The position numbers and the translations under genes were made by a program. The notes beneath the pieces are model-generated. The model was not told where the DNA came from. It was given only the letters and a program-made list of their open reading frames with translations, and ran no database searches. Of a stretch of 64,000 nt of DNA, positions 23,233 through 35,158 are shown one piece after another. The stretch comes from Mayamaea pseudoterrestris. Lineage: Eukaryota. The DNA lies in contig BROI01000005.1 of assembly GCA_027923505.1 (NCBI GenBank), forward strand, positions 682,001-746,000, given 5' to 3'. Within the stretch, counting starts at the first letter, position 1. The number at the start of each line of letters is the position of its first letter.

Positions 23233-23344
23233 CTCGCACCGGTTCTCGTTTAAATCGCACGCACGCCATGCATACACTATGGGTCATAGTGGCCGAAGGA
23301 AGAGCGTACGTCACGCAATCGACCATGACGAAAGACATCACACT
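23233..23344 (+). promoter_or_regulatory. Upstream element copy B (duplicated at 20636-20756), contains ACGTCA
   Basis: Collinear similarity to 20636-20756; ends about 104 nt before the ATG at 23448. Confidence 0.65.
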
Positions 23345-23447
23345 CTTTTTCTTTTCGCCTTCCCGAATCTGCATCATCCCAGGCTCTACTACCGTAGTCA
23401 TTTCAAACGAGATCCAAGAAGAGGAGAAGTGGAACGAGCGCAATACG

Positions 23448-25371
23448 ATGCGAAACTACTCGATAATATTCTGCCTTTTAAATTTAGTGCTTGCCAATTC
23501 ATTTCTAATTCCATCAACTCGAACTCGAAGGCATTCAACCACGACGTCAAGTTCCTACGACAACCACAAACGACCCAATGCTATAATAAACAGCTCGACG
23601 CAATTGCAAACAAAAAGTCCAACCAGCGAAAACAGTAAAACCGTCGCAAGTACAACAGCATTTGACATTGAGTTTCCTCCGCCACTCGGTCCCGTCGATC
23701 GCATCGCTCGCGCCGCCACCTTTTGGGCAGCCGTGTTACCAATCGTCGCAAGCTACTACGGTCTCATTAGCAGAATCAAACTGGAACAACTCTTGCGAGG
23801 AACAACCAAGACGGACGAGCAACTGCAGCCACTGTGGGATGTTCTGCACGAGCGGGGAGCAACCAAAATGGCGCACACTGTCAGCAACCTCCAAGGCTTT
23901 TACGTCAAGACGGCGCAAATTGTGTCGCAGCGACAAGACTTGTTTCCGCAGCAATACACAGACGCCTTGTCGGACTTCACGGACAATGTCGACCCCATGC
24001 CGGCGGCGCTCGTCAAGGCCATTATTCAAAAGGAACTGCTGCGAAGAGATGAAGCGTTTGAAGACGTTTTCTGCGAGTTTGACGAAGCGCCACTGGGCGC
24101 CGCGTCCGTTGCACAAGTGCATCGCGCACGATTGACGCCAGCGTTTGGAAACCGCGAGGTTGCCGTCAAGGTGCAGCGACCTTCAATCGAATCCAAGCTA
24201 ATGGGCGACATTAGCAATTTAAAGGCCATTACCAAGACCTTTCGCGACTCCCCGTCGCTACCACTCGACTACTATACAGTCTTTTGTGAATTGGAGAAGC
24301 AACTGCAGGAGGAGTTTGACTTTGTCGCCGAAGCCGTCGCCATGGATCGCATCTACAATTCGCTGAGTCGCGCACCCGACGGAAGTGTACGAGAGTTGCC
24401 GTTAGTTGTTCCGCGACCAGTATCGGGCTTGGTGAGTCGACGCGTACTCGTCATGGACTATTTGCACGGCGTGCCGCTGTCGCGCGCGCGCGAGGAAATG
24501 CAGCGACGAGGCATATCGCCCGACTCGCCCGAGGCCAAGCTGTTTGGACGCAACTTGCTGGCGGCCTTGACGAGCGTCTTTGGGCGAACCATACTAGAGA
24601 CTGGCTTTTTTCACGCGGACCCACATGCCGGCAATAGTGAGTGCACTTGTGCCGTACGAGTGCAATATATTGAATTCAACAACAGTGGTTGTTTGGCTGA
24701 CCATTTGCTTTTATCCATGCACAGTCTTTGTTTTGGAAAATGGACAGATTGGGTTGATTGATTTTGGACAAGTCAAACAGATTTCAGGTCGAACGAGAGA
24801 AACTCTTTGCAAAGTCATGATTGCGCTGGACGAGCGACGAGATGACCACCCGGAGGATGCCGATTTGGTCGGCAAGCTGGCGTTGGAACTTGGAGTGGAG
24901 CTCAAGGAGACTGCCAAGCCGGACGCTGCTGCTGCCGTTGGCATTTGGCTATTCGATGGAACTGTGGATGAGATACCTGGTGGCTACGACAAGGGTGAGC
25001 TCGACGCAAACTCGCCCGTCAAGGAGCTAAAGAGCTTTCCGCAGGATTTGGTACTCGTTGGACGAGCCACCATTTTAATCAAGGCCTTGAGTAATCGTCT
25101 CAATGTGCCATGGAGTCTTGCCAAGGAATGGGCTCCCATCGCAAGGGAAGTGATTGCGAGCAACTACAAAAGTGTTGAAGCAACAAACGAAGACTCGCGT
25201 GTGCGATTCAAGCAAGTGTGGCGTCTCTTTCGTAGCTGGAGCAAGGGTCGCATGAACTTTGTCGTGCGGCATTTGCCCCAGCCAGTCCGGACCCGCGTCG
25301 CAAATGTCATTCTCAAAGTGCAGGAGAGCAGGATTCGGCGAAAACTGGCCAAGAGAAGCAAGAGGCATTGA
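23448..25371 (+). CDS. Plastid-targeted ABC1/UbiB atypical kinase; exons 23448-24636, 24725-25371
   Basis: GFYVKTAQ, PLGAASVAQVHRA, VAVKVQRP, FDFVAEA. Splicing intron 24637-24724 gives FHADPHAGN-IFVLENGQIGLIDFG. Presequence ANS-FLIP. Confidence 0.92.
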
Positions 25372-25618
25372 AGAGGCACTGCAAAGTTATGTAAATCTCT
25401 TGAGAACCGCATCGCATGCATGCCCATTGCCGTGCGAACGAAGGACGTTCGCTCACTTGGGCGCGGTCAGCTATTACATCATTTATCAATGTCAAACAAC
25501 GCAAGCTACACCTCTAATATATAATGTACAGATACTGGTAGTGACACACTAAAACAATACACCAACGCTGACGGTTGTCATATTCTTTACAAACTGTCTA
25601 TTGAAAATCTGATACTGT

Positions 25619-26644
25619 TTACTCGTTCAAAAATCGCATCGTTCGCTGATGAATCTCCTGGACTCGCTCCACCAGCTCTGGATCAGCCGCGACTCCAACC
25701 TTGTCAAACCCCTTTAATGCCTCCTCCGTGGATGTTAAAATTTCACGCGCAAAGTCAATTCCACGCACTTGTAAGCCAGCCTCCAGCACGGCCAGGCGCT
25801 CACTCTTAGTGTCGTAATTCAACAACTGCATGATGACTTGCGCCGACTCGCTCAAATCGCGCCCCATTTCATCCACGACGCGCGCCTGCAATGTTCGCAG
25901 CGTTTCGAGCAATCGCAAACTGTCGGGCGTGGTGCGCGGCGCGTTGGCAATGCGCTCGCACTCGCCCGATAGGTGGCGCAAAAAGCCGGGTGTGAGTTGT
26001 TGTCGCTCGGCCGCTAACAGTTCGTCCAGGCGCTCCTCGCGTCTCTCCGTTGTCAATGGCAATGTACTACTACCACTACTACCTGCAGTCACTCCAATTT
26101 CGTTGACGGCCATGGCCGAAATGATGCGACCAAGGAGGTTCCGATGTTTGTCGTAGACGCGCGCCGCTTCGTCGCAAAAGTCTTGGGCGAAGGACAGAAT
26201 CAAGTCAATGGCTTGCTCCGTTTCTTGTAAGTCGACTTCATCTTGACTACTAACTTCTTCTTGTAGCGTCACATTGCTTCGAATCGCGTCGAGGCAGGCC
26301 GACATTTCCGACGGCGACAGAGACAGCAAAAACTCCATGTGGCGCGTCAGGAGTGACGGAACATGCTGCGGGTCGGTCGCTCGTCGGACGTTTCGAACGA
26401 GATTTTGCAATTTGTCAATCTTGGTCTGCAGTGTCGCATCGAATGATGATGATGAATTGTGTTGATTCATGGACAAATTGTTGTCGAATGATGGTGCAGG
26501 AGTAGGAGGGCCATATCTGCGAGCGTTCAAAGCGATATAAGAGTTACGCTTCCGGGATGAAACAGTAAAACTCCTTACGACGCACAAACATTGGAACAGC
26601 AAGTAGTACTTGTAGACGTGAATAGCGCTCATTCGTCGTCGCAT
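25619..26644 (-). CDS. Probable plastid-targeted helical protein of unknown function
   Basis: Long ORF with hydrophobic signal followed by VRS-FTV and an Arg/Ser-rich transit-like segment; start codon uncertain (26644 or 26632). Confidence 0.65.
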   Translation of the reverse strand: MRRRMSAIHVYKYYLLFQCLCVVRSFTVSSRKRNSYIALNARRYGPPTPAPSFDNNLSMNQHNSSSSFDATLQTKIDKLQNLVRNVRRATDPQHVPSLLTRHMEFLLSLSPSEMSACLDAIRSNVTLQEEVSSQDEVDLQETEQAIDLILSFAQDFCDEAARVYDKHRNLLGRIISAMAVNEIGVTAGSSGSSTLPLTTERREERLDELLAAERQQLTPGFLRHLSGECERIANAPRTTPDSLRLLETLRTLQARVVDEMGRDLSESAQVIMQLLNYDTKSERLAVLEAGLQVRGIDFAREILTSTEEALKGFDKVGVAADPELVERVQEIHQRTMRFLNE

Positions 26645-27292
26645 CGTTGTCGTGGTTATCGTGAGACTCGGTTGCTCGATGCATCGATTGGTCGTCAAAA
26701 TGTTGTTGGAACGGCAGTACCAGTGCGATTCTCAGTCTCAGCATGCGGGATACCGCACCTTCTTTGTTTTTTTTTTCAAGCATCTGATGGAGCATCACAA
26801 CGGCAAGCGACCTGGAACAAAGACTATGATACAGACATTGCATCTCGGCATGATATCGGTGTCGTACAAGGAAAGGTTGTATTTCATTTGCTTCGCTCCT
26901 TGCTCGTTTTTCATCGCCAAAAAGCATTCCGAATAATGAGCAGGTACAGCGATCACTTCCCCTACTGTCAATCTACATAATATATACCGGTACATTCACC
27001 AGACCATCAATCGCTACCCAAAAGAATTCAAAATTTTCATTTTTAAGAGATTGTAGCTGACAAAGCAGCTTACAATCATTTATCAACGATGAGTCTGACA
27101 TCATCTGCGGTTTATCCTCGTCGTGATTCTTCTTTGTCGCCTACTCCGGCTCCTTCCATAGACGACAATGACGAGTCAAGGACAATGCTACGTTTACACT
27201 GGCCGTCTGTAACTCTTGCTGGGCTCAAGCTTGCACTACCGGCTGTATGATTCAACTTAAATTATAAAGTGAGTAGTTTAAATATAGTAAAT

Positions 27293-28780
27293 TTAGGCAG
27301 CCTTGCAGGTCGAGCATGGTGTTCTTGCTCCGTCGCGTTGCGCCACTGGTTTTCGGGGAATCTGGTCTCGATCCGTGGCAAGACTCTGGCGCATTTTCAT
27401 AAAGTCACCAAACTCCTTGGACGTCTTTCGTGCCGGCGCCCGCGGACGGCTGTCCTGTCCAATGTTGCTGTCACTGAGATTTCCGTAATCGTTGCACAAG
27501 GAGCTCTGCGATGTATTTCGGCGATGATGATCGGTGCGGGCCGAGAGGCAGTCCACCTTCTCTTGTGGATGTCTAACGTCAACGTGGAGGCTGGCAATCG
27601 GCACTCGAGAGGCATGGTTGTGGACACCTTTCTTCACTGTAGGAATTGACACTGCCTTCTTTCGCCTTGGCGGTGGACTCACCCACAGATCCTCCACGGA
27701 AGACTCGTCGTCACTTTCATCCACAATTTCGACAGCTGCGAAGCTACTGCTGCTACGCCCATCCGTCGAACTGGACATTTCATGCGTCGTGTTGCTCGTG
27801 TCGGAACTATTCGATTTCTTGCGATCTGATCGCTGCGACCCGGTACTCTTTGAAATAGGCTTGCCTTTCGCCGTCTTGTCGTTGCTGGCAGGAGACAAAG
27901 CTTCTTTAAGCGTCGATTCAGACGATGCCTTCTTGAAGGGTAAAACTAGTCCAGCGCGTTGAGTCTTGATGGAATGCATCGATTTACACAAAGCATGCTC
28001 TTCCTGCGGCGCCATCTTGGGAAGAGGAGGTGATCGACCAGCCTTCAAATCCTTGGTCCGCGAAGTGACAGTGTTTCGGATGCGTGTTGAACGACCTGTT
28101 GATTTGCTTCTGTTGCTTCGCTTGTCTGCTTCATTCACACTTTTGGATTTTTCCGCAACCGTGTGTTCATTTATTTGAGCCGACGTAGACGACCCAACCA
28201 CTTTTGTAGCTCTTGTCTTGGCCTTTTCCTTGCATTCCTGGTGACCTGTCGCTGAATCGCATTGTACTTTCAATGGCGTCATCCCGTGCGAGCTTTGTTC
28301 CACAGACGCAGTCGCCTTCACTGCTTGCGTCTCCGGCCGAGCCGTATCAGCGGTTGGTTCCACGCAGAGCCGACGCACTCTTGTCGCTCTGATACGTCCT
28401 CGCGATTTTGCTCGTTTGCTGTTGTTTACGTTAACAGTACTACTGCGCCGTCCTTGAGCGAATCTTGAAGCCCTGGCCCTTAGTGGTTTCGCTACTCCAC
28501 CTGCGCCTGCGCCTGAACACTCACTGACGTTGTAAGCAGCCTCGGAATGATCGGCCTCGTAATGGTTACTTTCCGAGGCCTCACGAAAGGCGCTATTCTT
28601 GGCAAACAAGTCACGGCCATCTAGTAGATCCTTTGAAAAGGAATCCTCGAATGAGGCGACTGGATCCTTCCTTTTCTTGAAGAAGTCGTCAAGCTTGGCA
28701 GCAGCCGTGTCCGATGCCAGCTCCATAAATGGATCGACCACAAGGCTCTTGGCATTACTTCGCGTCATGATTGTAGACAA
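27293..28780 (-). CDS. Hypothetical Ser/Lys/Arg-rich disordered protein
   Basis: 495-aa ATG-initiated ORF with no recognisable domain. Confidence 0.6.
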   Translation of the reverse strand: MSTIMTRSNAKSLVVDPFMELASDTAAAKLDDFFKKRKDPVASFEDSFSKDLLDGRDLFAKNSAFREASESNHYEADHSEAAYNVSECSGAGAGGVAKPLRARASRFAQGRRSSTVNVNNSKRAKSRGRIRATRVRRLCVEPTADTARPETQAVKATASVEQSSHGMTPLKVQCDSATGHQECKEKAKTRATKVVGSSTSAQINEHTVAEKSKSVNEADKRSNRSKSTGRSTRIRNTVTSRTKDLKAGRSPPLPKMAPQEEHALCKSMHSIKTQRAGLVLPFKKASSESTLKEALSPASNDKTAKGKPISKSTGSQRSDRKKSNSSDTSNTTHEMSSSTDGRSSSSFAAVEIVDESDDESSVEDLWVSPPPRRKKAVSIPTVKKGVHNHASRVPIASLHVDVRHPQEKVDCLSARTDHHRRNTSQSSLCNDYGNLSDSNIGQDSRPRAPARKTSKEFGDFMKMRQSLATDRDQIPRKPVAQRDGARTPCSTCKAA

Positions 28781-29395
28781 ACTGATGCAGTATTTAAGAC
28801 CCAGTGTGTCTCGCTCTTATGCTCCTGTTGCCGTTTGCGGTGATGGAACCGGCTTCCAGATGCTCTTCGTTCATCGTTGCGGACATTCTCTAATTCAGAT
28901 GGTCTTTTCATTTATAGCACCGATCAAGGCAATATAGTAAATCGGGACGCCTTATGTTCATCACCAGCCTCATGGACATTTGTGTCAATGGAAAGACTGC
29001 TCAGCGGAATAGCTCAGTCACAGGGCCATAACAAAACACGGCAAATGATGCCGATCTGCTTGGAAATATTCTTGCCGGATGAATCTGCTTCCATGAATCC
29101 TAAGGAAGGCATATCTTTGGTCATTCTGGCCACGTTTTGGATTGATGTGCACGACTGAATATATATGCCTTTGATACGGCTGCACACGTTCCTGATAAAA
29201 CTGCATGACTGCCACGCCAGTGGGCGAAACAGCCCTCGTCCACCTTTTCAAAGCAGCACTCGACTCGACGACAATAAGTCAAAAGAAATGCTCCAGGTCT
29301 CTTGGCAATCACTGGTTATTCGAGTAGCCCTTACTGTCGTACGATAAGTCCTTGCATGGATGTGAAGGAAGCAGTCTCTTACATATTCAATTAAT

Positions 29396-31735
29396 ATGGC
29401 GCTCCAGCAGCAGTCGCTCCAAGCCATGGCTCAGCCAGAATCGTCGCAGCTTGCATCTTCAACAAGAATGAAGGTCAAATCAACGGACAATTACCCAGCA
29501 GCCATTACTGCACTGTCAGTCAACGATGTTCTCAAGACATCCCTTCTAGTGGCCATGAATGACGTAATGAAGGAATCTGCTCTTGTAGATTGTGAACATT
29601 CCACCCGCAATAAGTCACAGAATGTTTATGCTACACAAGATACATATCAAGATCATTTCGCTGCCATTGATGAGATTCTGAATGCAGAAGAAATACAGCA
29701 GCCTCGTCGAGTAAAATCTTTCCGCCACGTTGTTCATGAGGAAATTGTCTTTGTGCCTGAAGTGACAGATCTAGTGAGCTGCAACATGAACAAGAGCTTC
29801 AACTTGTCCGACGGCAGCACAACTGGAAGCTGCACCACTGTAAACAGCGAGGAGCAATGCCACGATGATTCACAAGAAGCTTTGCATGAAGCTTTGAACG
29901 AGAACAAGCGCATGCTGCATTCCTCAGGAGCTGCCGCCCGAGCCTCGCGACGAGCGCAGCGAACAAGCAGCTCCAAGAGATCCAGCAGTCTCAAGTCGCG
30001 TAAACCTTTGACAACTTCGCCATGTTTCAGCAACGGGCTCTCGCGAAGCAGCGCTATATCTAAGGCCCCGCCAGATAATAGTCGCCGAAATAGGAAAGGA
30101 TCGCATCAGCAAAGCGACGTGACTGGAAGCGTCACCAAGGCACGTAAGCAACGAGGTCATGGAAACCGCAAAGTATATCCGCAAGATGCGCAAAGCTTGG
30201 AGACATTGCTGGTGCAACATTGTCAGGAAAAGGAGAGAATAGTGCGGACAAAGGAAGCGACCAAGAATGTTTTGCGACGGCACTTGGAGAAGCGTATCAG
30301 TGGAGACAAATCTAACTTGATACAACTACAAGAGTCAGCTGTAGGCGAACGCTCACACGATTCACACGAGAGTGAAGATTCGCAGATTGTACCTTTTCAT
30401 CGCAAGGAGCGCTCCATTTACAAGCCATTGGGGAAGACGAGGCAAATAAAGTCGGCTTCGCCCCACACCCAAATCCAGGAGGGGCGTGCTAGAAGACGCG
30501 GCTCAGTCACCAACAGCAAGGCACCTGACACAATGGAAAACCATGAGCTTGATCATACTGGAGGTACATCTTTAGCGCAGCAGTTGACTCCGCTGCATAC
30601 TGACGATGCTCCAAAGGTGGCGTCGATAGCAATTATTCGAGATCTACTTCAAGAGCAAATGAAGGAACACGGGCAGCGTTCGACGCGCCGCTCCGGCGAG
30701 ACTCGTACACGCCGACGCAATTCGGCAAAGCACTCCGCACCATGTACGACGGATGACAAGCCGGCTGGTCGTCGTCGACGATCTCAAAGCCGCCGGCGAA
30801 CGTCCATGGCCATGCACACGAGCTCCGACAATGCTACCGGTACTTGTGCCCGACAATCTCGCCGAGCGTCAACCTCCTGCATTACTCGCAGCGTATCACC
30901 TACGACCATTCGATACACATCACAGGAATTTCCGCTTCGAGCGCCAGTGACTCCTGGATGCAGGCGAAAGACTCTTTCGGCTGCAGGAGATTCAATGGTG
31001 TTTTTCAGTCCGTCTGCCTCGCGGACAAAGCTCAATCTCTCAGCCAGCGACTTTCACGTTAGCAAGAGTGATTTGATATTGATGGAAAAGGCTAGTGTAA
31101 TGGAAACATTTGCTTCGCCAGTCGTTGTAACTACTTCTCTGACCAAATCGAACAACATTACAGCCTTGCTATCAAGCATTCGTGGTTCCTTGGGAATCAT
31201 GACGCCACCTAAAGATGATACGCGTGGGAAAATTCCGGGGCATACGAAGCAAGGGCCAAGCATTGAGCCGAAACATATTCCTAATTTGCGACCAAACAGT
31301 CGAGATTCTGCGGCAAAGGCTCCTCACGCTATCGAGCTTGAAATGGAGGAAGACTTTGTCACGTGCGCAGCTGGCGCAACGGATCAAGTCACTGACAGTG
31401 ACGATGGTGACGGAAGTATCAACTTGGAGGATTTCGCTGCAATGCCTTGCCCGGATACATGTGCGCACAAGCGGCGCGCTCGCAAAACGACCAGAGTTTG
31501 GCTAAATCAGAACAGGTCGCAATCTCAGTTGGGACATTCTAGTGCATGCCTCATGGGACGATCAAGTTCGAATCTTTCTGGTCGCACAGCTTTGCAGGTA
31601 CATGCGCAAGACACATATAATGAACAGCGTCATGACAACCAACAGGACCTGGGGTCGAAAACACCTGATGCCAAAGTCCAGCCATATCAAAAGAGGCTTT
31701 CAATGGCGAAGATGTCTCACGGACATGATGACTAA
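29396..31735 (+). CDS. Hypothetical Ser/Arg-rich disordered protein
   Basis: 779-aa ATG-initiated ORF with many RRxS motifs and no recognisable domain. Confidence 0.65.
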   Translation: MALQQQSLQAMAQPESSQLASSTRMKVKSTDNYPAAITALSVNDVLKTSLLVAMNDVMKESALVDCEHSTRNKSQNVYATQDTYQDHFAAIDEILNAEEIQQPRRVKSFRHVVHEEIVFVPEVTDLVSCNMNKSFNLSDGSTTGSCTTVNSEEQCHDDSQEALHEALNENKRMLHSSGAAARASRRAQRTSSSKRSSSLKSRKPLTTSPCFSNGLSRSSAISKAPPDNSRRNRKGSHQQSDVTGSVTKARKQRGHGNRKVYPQDAQSLETLLVQHCQEKERIVRTKEATKNVLRRHLEKRISGDKSNLIQLQESAVGERSHDSHESEDSQIVPFHRKERSIYKPLGKTRQIKSASPHTQIQEGRARRRGSVTNSKAPDTMENHELDHTGGTSLAQQLTPLHTDDAPKVASIAIIRDLLQEQMKEHGQRSTRRSGETRTRRRNSAKHSAPCTTDDKPAGRRRRSQSRRRTSMAMHTSSDNATGTCARQSRRASTSCITRSVSPTTIRYTSQEFPLRAPVTPGCRRKTLSAAGDSMVFFSPSASRTKLNLSASDFHVSKSDLILMEKASVMETFASPVVVTTSLTKSNNITALLSSIRGSLGIMTPPKDDTRGKIPGHTKQGPSIEPKHIPNLRPNSRDSAAKAPHAIELEMEEDFVTCAAGATDQVTDSDDGDGSINLEDFAAMPCPDTCAHKRRARKTTRVWLNQNRSQSQLGHSSACLMGRSSSNLSGRTALQVHAQDTYNEQRHDNQQDLGSKTPDAKVQPYQKRLSMAKMSHGHDD

Positions 31736-31803
31736 TAACCATACCCTACTTGTAAGTTTCTCATAAAATCACTTTTATACCAGTAAATATCATTACAGAT
31801 TCT

Positions 31804-34800
31804 TTATCGATCATTTACGCGAATGTTCAATGCACTGGAACGATGTCTGGACTTGCCTGAGGGTTTCGAGCGATCGAGATAATTCAAGTACGACGCATTC
31901 TCATTCCTTGTGCTATCATTATGCTTGCGTGAGTCATTCAGCTGACGCGATGTTGATTGCTTTTCTTTAACGCGGGCTTCTCGCTCATTGTCAAGCTTTT
32001 CCCTAACTCGAGCATATTTTTGCGAAAGGTGTTCGTTATCAGCTTCCGTCAGCTTTAAACGCTCCTCCAGCTCCGCGGACCGATTACGCTCTGCATCAAT
32101 TTTCTTTTGAAGTTTTGTAATCATTGCATCACCACTCCGCTGAGCGGTTGATTGTTCCTGCTCCTTTAGCTCGTAAAGTTTTGATAAGTTAACGAGATCA
32201 CCGAAGAGTGCCTCGAGACTATCTCGCATTTCATTCTCAGACTCATCCAACTCTGCTAGTGATTCCTTTTGAGCTTGAAGTTCTGCCTTCATTTGCAGAT
32301 CATTTCTCATCATTGCGTCAATAGAAGTTTTGGCTGTTTGTAACTCCTTGGACAGATCCAGCACTCGTTTCGCGCTTGCATCTGCACGTTGCGATGCATT
32401 CTGCTTTTTCTTTTCCAATTGCTGCAACTGACTTGTCGCATCAACCAATTCTGAATGCAGCGCCGCTTCAGCAAGCTTACTCACCCGGGCTGCCTCCTCT
32501 GCAACTTGCAAGCGATCCTCAAGTTCGTTGAGACGCACAGCCATTTCATCAGCGCGACGTTCAGCATTGTGGCGTTCTGCTTGATGAACTTCAATTAATT
32601 GTTTTGCATGCTGACCAGCCTTACTTTTAGCATGACCAAGCTGTCGTTGATAATCAACAGATTGTGCAAGAAGATTTTGCTGCAGCGCCGCATTTTCTCT
32701 CGTCAATCTTTTTTCCGATGCTCGGTATGCATCGATGGCAGCCTCATTGCGTTGATTGTCGAACTTAAGTGTCGCGAGCATCTGTCGCCGCGATACATCA
32801 TTTGTATGAACGACAGTTGCAAGGTAGTCCAGGGTCTCAGTCGTAGCTATCATGGAAGTAAGAAAGAGCTGCCGGCGTGTCATAGCCTGTGTTGCTTCGA
32901 CCTCCTGATCTAGAAGGCGTTCCATGTACGCGCTGACTGCCTCCATCATGCGGCCTTGCAACAGCACGGCGCGACCGTCTAGAGCTCCAAATTTGTCGCA
33001 GCAAGCAAGACATGCCAAAGTTGTTGCTGCAGCCATGGCCAATGATGATTCCAATCCCACACTAAGCACGTGCAATGGTTGCTTTACTGGTTGTGGTTGA
33101 AAAGTAACATCAAAATCGTCAATTCGCGATAAGTTGTTGGCGGGTGGTGTATTCTCGCCCCATTCAAAGGACATTGACTTATCAACATTATTGTCGCGAA
33201 TGCTTAAATCAATTTGGTCCGACGATGCGAGTGTCAGTTCGATCAACGATTCCACCGATTGCGTTGGAATCGACCCGAGAAGCGAATGTACAAGTGCGGC
33301 ATCACAAGATAAGGTGACCGCCACAGTGTCCAGCAGTAAAAATGCAACTGGTTGGTTTGTGGTAAACAAATCAGACTGAATTGAGAGAACCGTGTCCAGG
33401 CATTTCGCCACCCATTGAGCATTGATCGATCGCCATATACGACGCGACAGCTCGTCATGGGTGGCGATTGATTGTCGGTCTTGAAATAAAGCATGGAGCA
33501 ATATAGCAGATTGCAGAGATTTTTGTTGGCGGACTTGCTGCAGAAGCGTTGCAATAAACTCGGTCGTTTGTGGGAGGGCCTCGGGTAGTTGGCAACGCGT
33601 CGAAACGCGGCAAAATCGAAGTGCAAACACCAAACTTGCCATGTTCGGCTCGTTGACCATGTCAAGCGTCCCAAATTGCATCCACGTTGAAATCGCGTCC
33701 TGCCCAACAATGGTGCAAATCATACTTTCAATTTTTTCGCTGCTTTGCTCTATTCGGCACAAGTCGGTCAACAGCGGCAATGCCACCTTGCTCCATCGAT
33801 TGCTTGTGCTTGTCCACCGGGGTTGCGACCGACGAGAGTATTGTTGCTGCTTCTCAGAACCCCATGGGACGACAAGCTCCATTTCAACAAGGTTCTGGAG
33901 CGCTTGTTCTGAAACATTACTATTCGCTTGCTGCATCACGATGAGCAAGTGCAGACTGGCAATCCCGAGTCGAACTTGGTCGGCAGCCATTTTGTCGCTT
34001 GTCGAAACTAGCTTCGATGCAAACGTTTGCAGGTTTCGAACGAGTTTCGAAACTGTTGTAGACGGTAAATCTTCAAAGTCGTCCAGGGAATGAATCTCAT
34101 GCGCCGTCATGTGCAGCCGAAGCGCCTCGACGCAGGCCGTGAGCACACGCTCCGTCGAGAATGACTGTTGTTCCTTGTCTTGCGTTATTGCGTCTTCCTT
34201 GGTCAAGAGGTCGACAGCAAAGATGACGGCAAAAGGACTGGGAGCAGTAACGACGCTGGGGGCTTGCAAGTAAACGTGCTGTAGTCGATACAAACTCGCA
34301 AGCGCCGCCGTCCAAGCAACGAGCAAGGCTGACGATATAGCCGAATATTCATGAGAAGTGTTCTTCGGGTCATGATGCAGTGTTAGCCAGGCTTGCTCCA
34401 TGGCGTGCAGCAAGGTGCATGGATCGCTGCTGCTAGAGTTTACGTTACTGTTAGAGCCGACATGGTACATGCTTGCGTAGACTTGTTCATCGGACCATGA
34501 CTCATCCAAAACATGCGCCAATAGAGCCAAGCAAGATAAACAAACTGATTTCTGATCAGAGCTGCAGCTCTCCTTGTCCAGTAGTTTCACGACAACAGCT
34601 TGACTCCATGTGACAAACAAAGCAGTGGACGACCAGGTCCAAGTCGAGGACGTTTGCTGGCGAACACATTGTTCCAATGTATGCACCAAGTCCTTGTCAA
34701 AAGGATCGGAAACTAGTCGTTGTATTATTCCGTCCAGCGAAGAAACTTGGGAGACTTTACGCTGCTGCTGCAGAGGAGGCGACTGTACATCATGCTGACC

Positions 34801-34917
34801 ATCGTCTCGATGCGGCTGATGCTGATGTTGCCGAGCATTCATGTAGGGATTTGGAGGCGGCACTGGCTGCTGCTGCTGCGAAATGTACGGATTGGTATAT
34901 GGAAAGTTTCCTGACAT
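31804..34917 (-). CDS. Hypothetical protein with a helical N-terminal region and long C-terminal coiled coil
   Basis: 1037-aa ORF; the last ~300 aa are E/K/Q/L-rich with heptad character. Confidence 0.75.
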   Translation of the reverse strand: MSGNFPYTNPYISQQQQPVPPPNPYMNARQHQHQPHRDDGQHDVQSPPLQQQRKVSQVSSLDGIIQRLVSDPFDKDLVHTLEQCVRQQTSSTWTWSSTALFVTWSQAVVVKLLDKESCSSDQKSVCLSCLALLAHVLDESWSDEQVYASMYHVGSNSNVNSSSSDPCTLLHAMEQAWLTLHHDPKNTSHEYSAISSALLVAWTAALASLYRLQHVYLQAPSVVTAPSPFAVIFAVDLLTKEDAITQDKEQQSFSTERVLTACVEALRLHMTAHEIHSLDDFEDLPSTTVSKLVRNLQTFASKLVSTSDKMAADQVRLGIASLHLLIVMQQANSNVSEQALQNLVEMELVVPWGSEKQQQYSRRSQPRWTSTSNRWSKVALPLLTDLCRIEQSSEKIESMICTIVGQDAISTWMQFGTLDMVNEPNMASLVFALRFCRVSTRCQLPEALPQTTEFIATLLQQVRQQKSLQSAILLHALFQDRQSIATHDELSRRIWRSINAQWVAKCLDTVLSIQSDLFTTNQPVAFLLLDTVAVTLSCDAALVHSLLGSIPTQSVESLIELTLASSDQIDLSIRDNNVDKSMSFEWGENTPPANNLSRIDDFDVTFQPQPVKQPLHVLSVGLESSLAMAAATTLACLACCDKFGALDGRAVLLQGRMMEAVSAYMERLLDQEVEATQAMTRRQLFLTSMIATTETLDYLATVVHTNDVSRRQMLATLKFDNQRNEAAIDAYRASEKRLTRENAALQQNLLAQSVDYQRQLGHAKSKAGQHAKQLIEVHQAERHNAERRADEMAVRLNELEDRLQVAEEAARVSKLAEAALHSELVDATSQLQQLEKKKQNASQRADASAKRVLDLSKELQTAKTSIDAMMRNDLQMKAELQAQKESLAELDESENEMRDSLEALFGDLVNLSKLYELKEQEQSTAQRSGDAMITKLQKKIDAERNRSAELEERLKLTEADNEHLSQKYARVREKLDNEREARVKEKQSTSRQLNDSRKHNDSTRNENASYLNYLDRSKPSGKSRHRSSALNIRVNDR

Positions 34918-35158
34918 GGTAAAGAGTATTTTAGTTTAGTCAAGAGGCAAGATGGGCGTGAAGGGAGCGGTGCAATTCCCATGTTGACAGCATTGTTGGC
35001 GGTGCTGGCAACGGCTCTTTTCTCGCACCGGTTCTGAATGACGTCAAGGGCAATACAAGACGCTGCGTGACGAACGAGCCGACAGCGCCTCACAATTTTC
35101 AAGCAATAACGCACCATCCATCGACCACTCACCTCACTGACTCTTCACTCTACCCACC

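Noticed and set aside
23130..23447. 106-aa N-terminal extension of the ABC1 kinase ORF
   Set aside because: It covers the duplicated upstream element; the signal peptide and ASAFAP-type site begin at ATG 23448.
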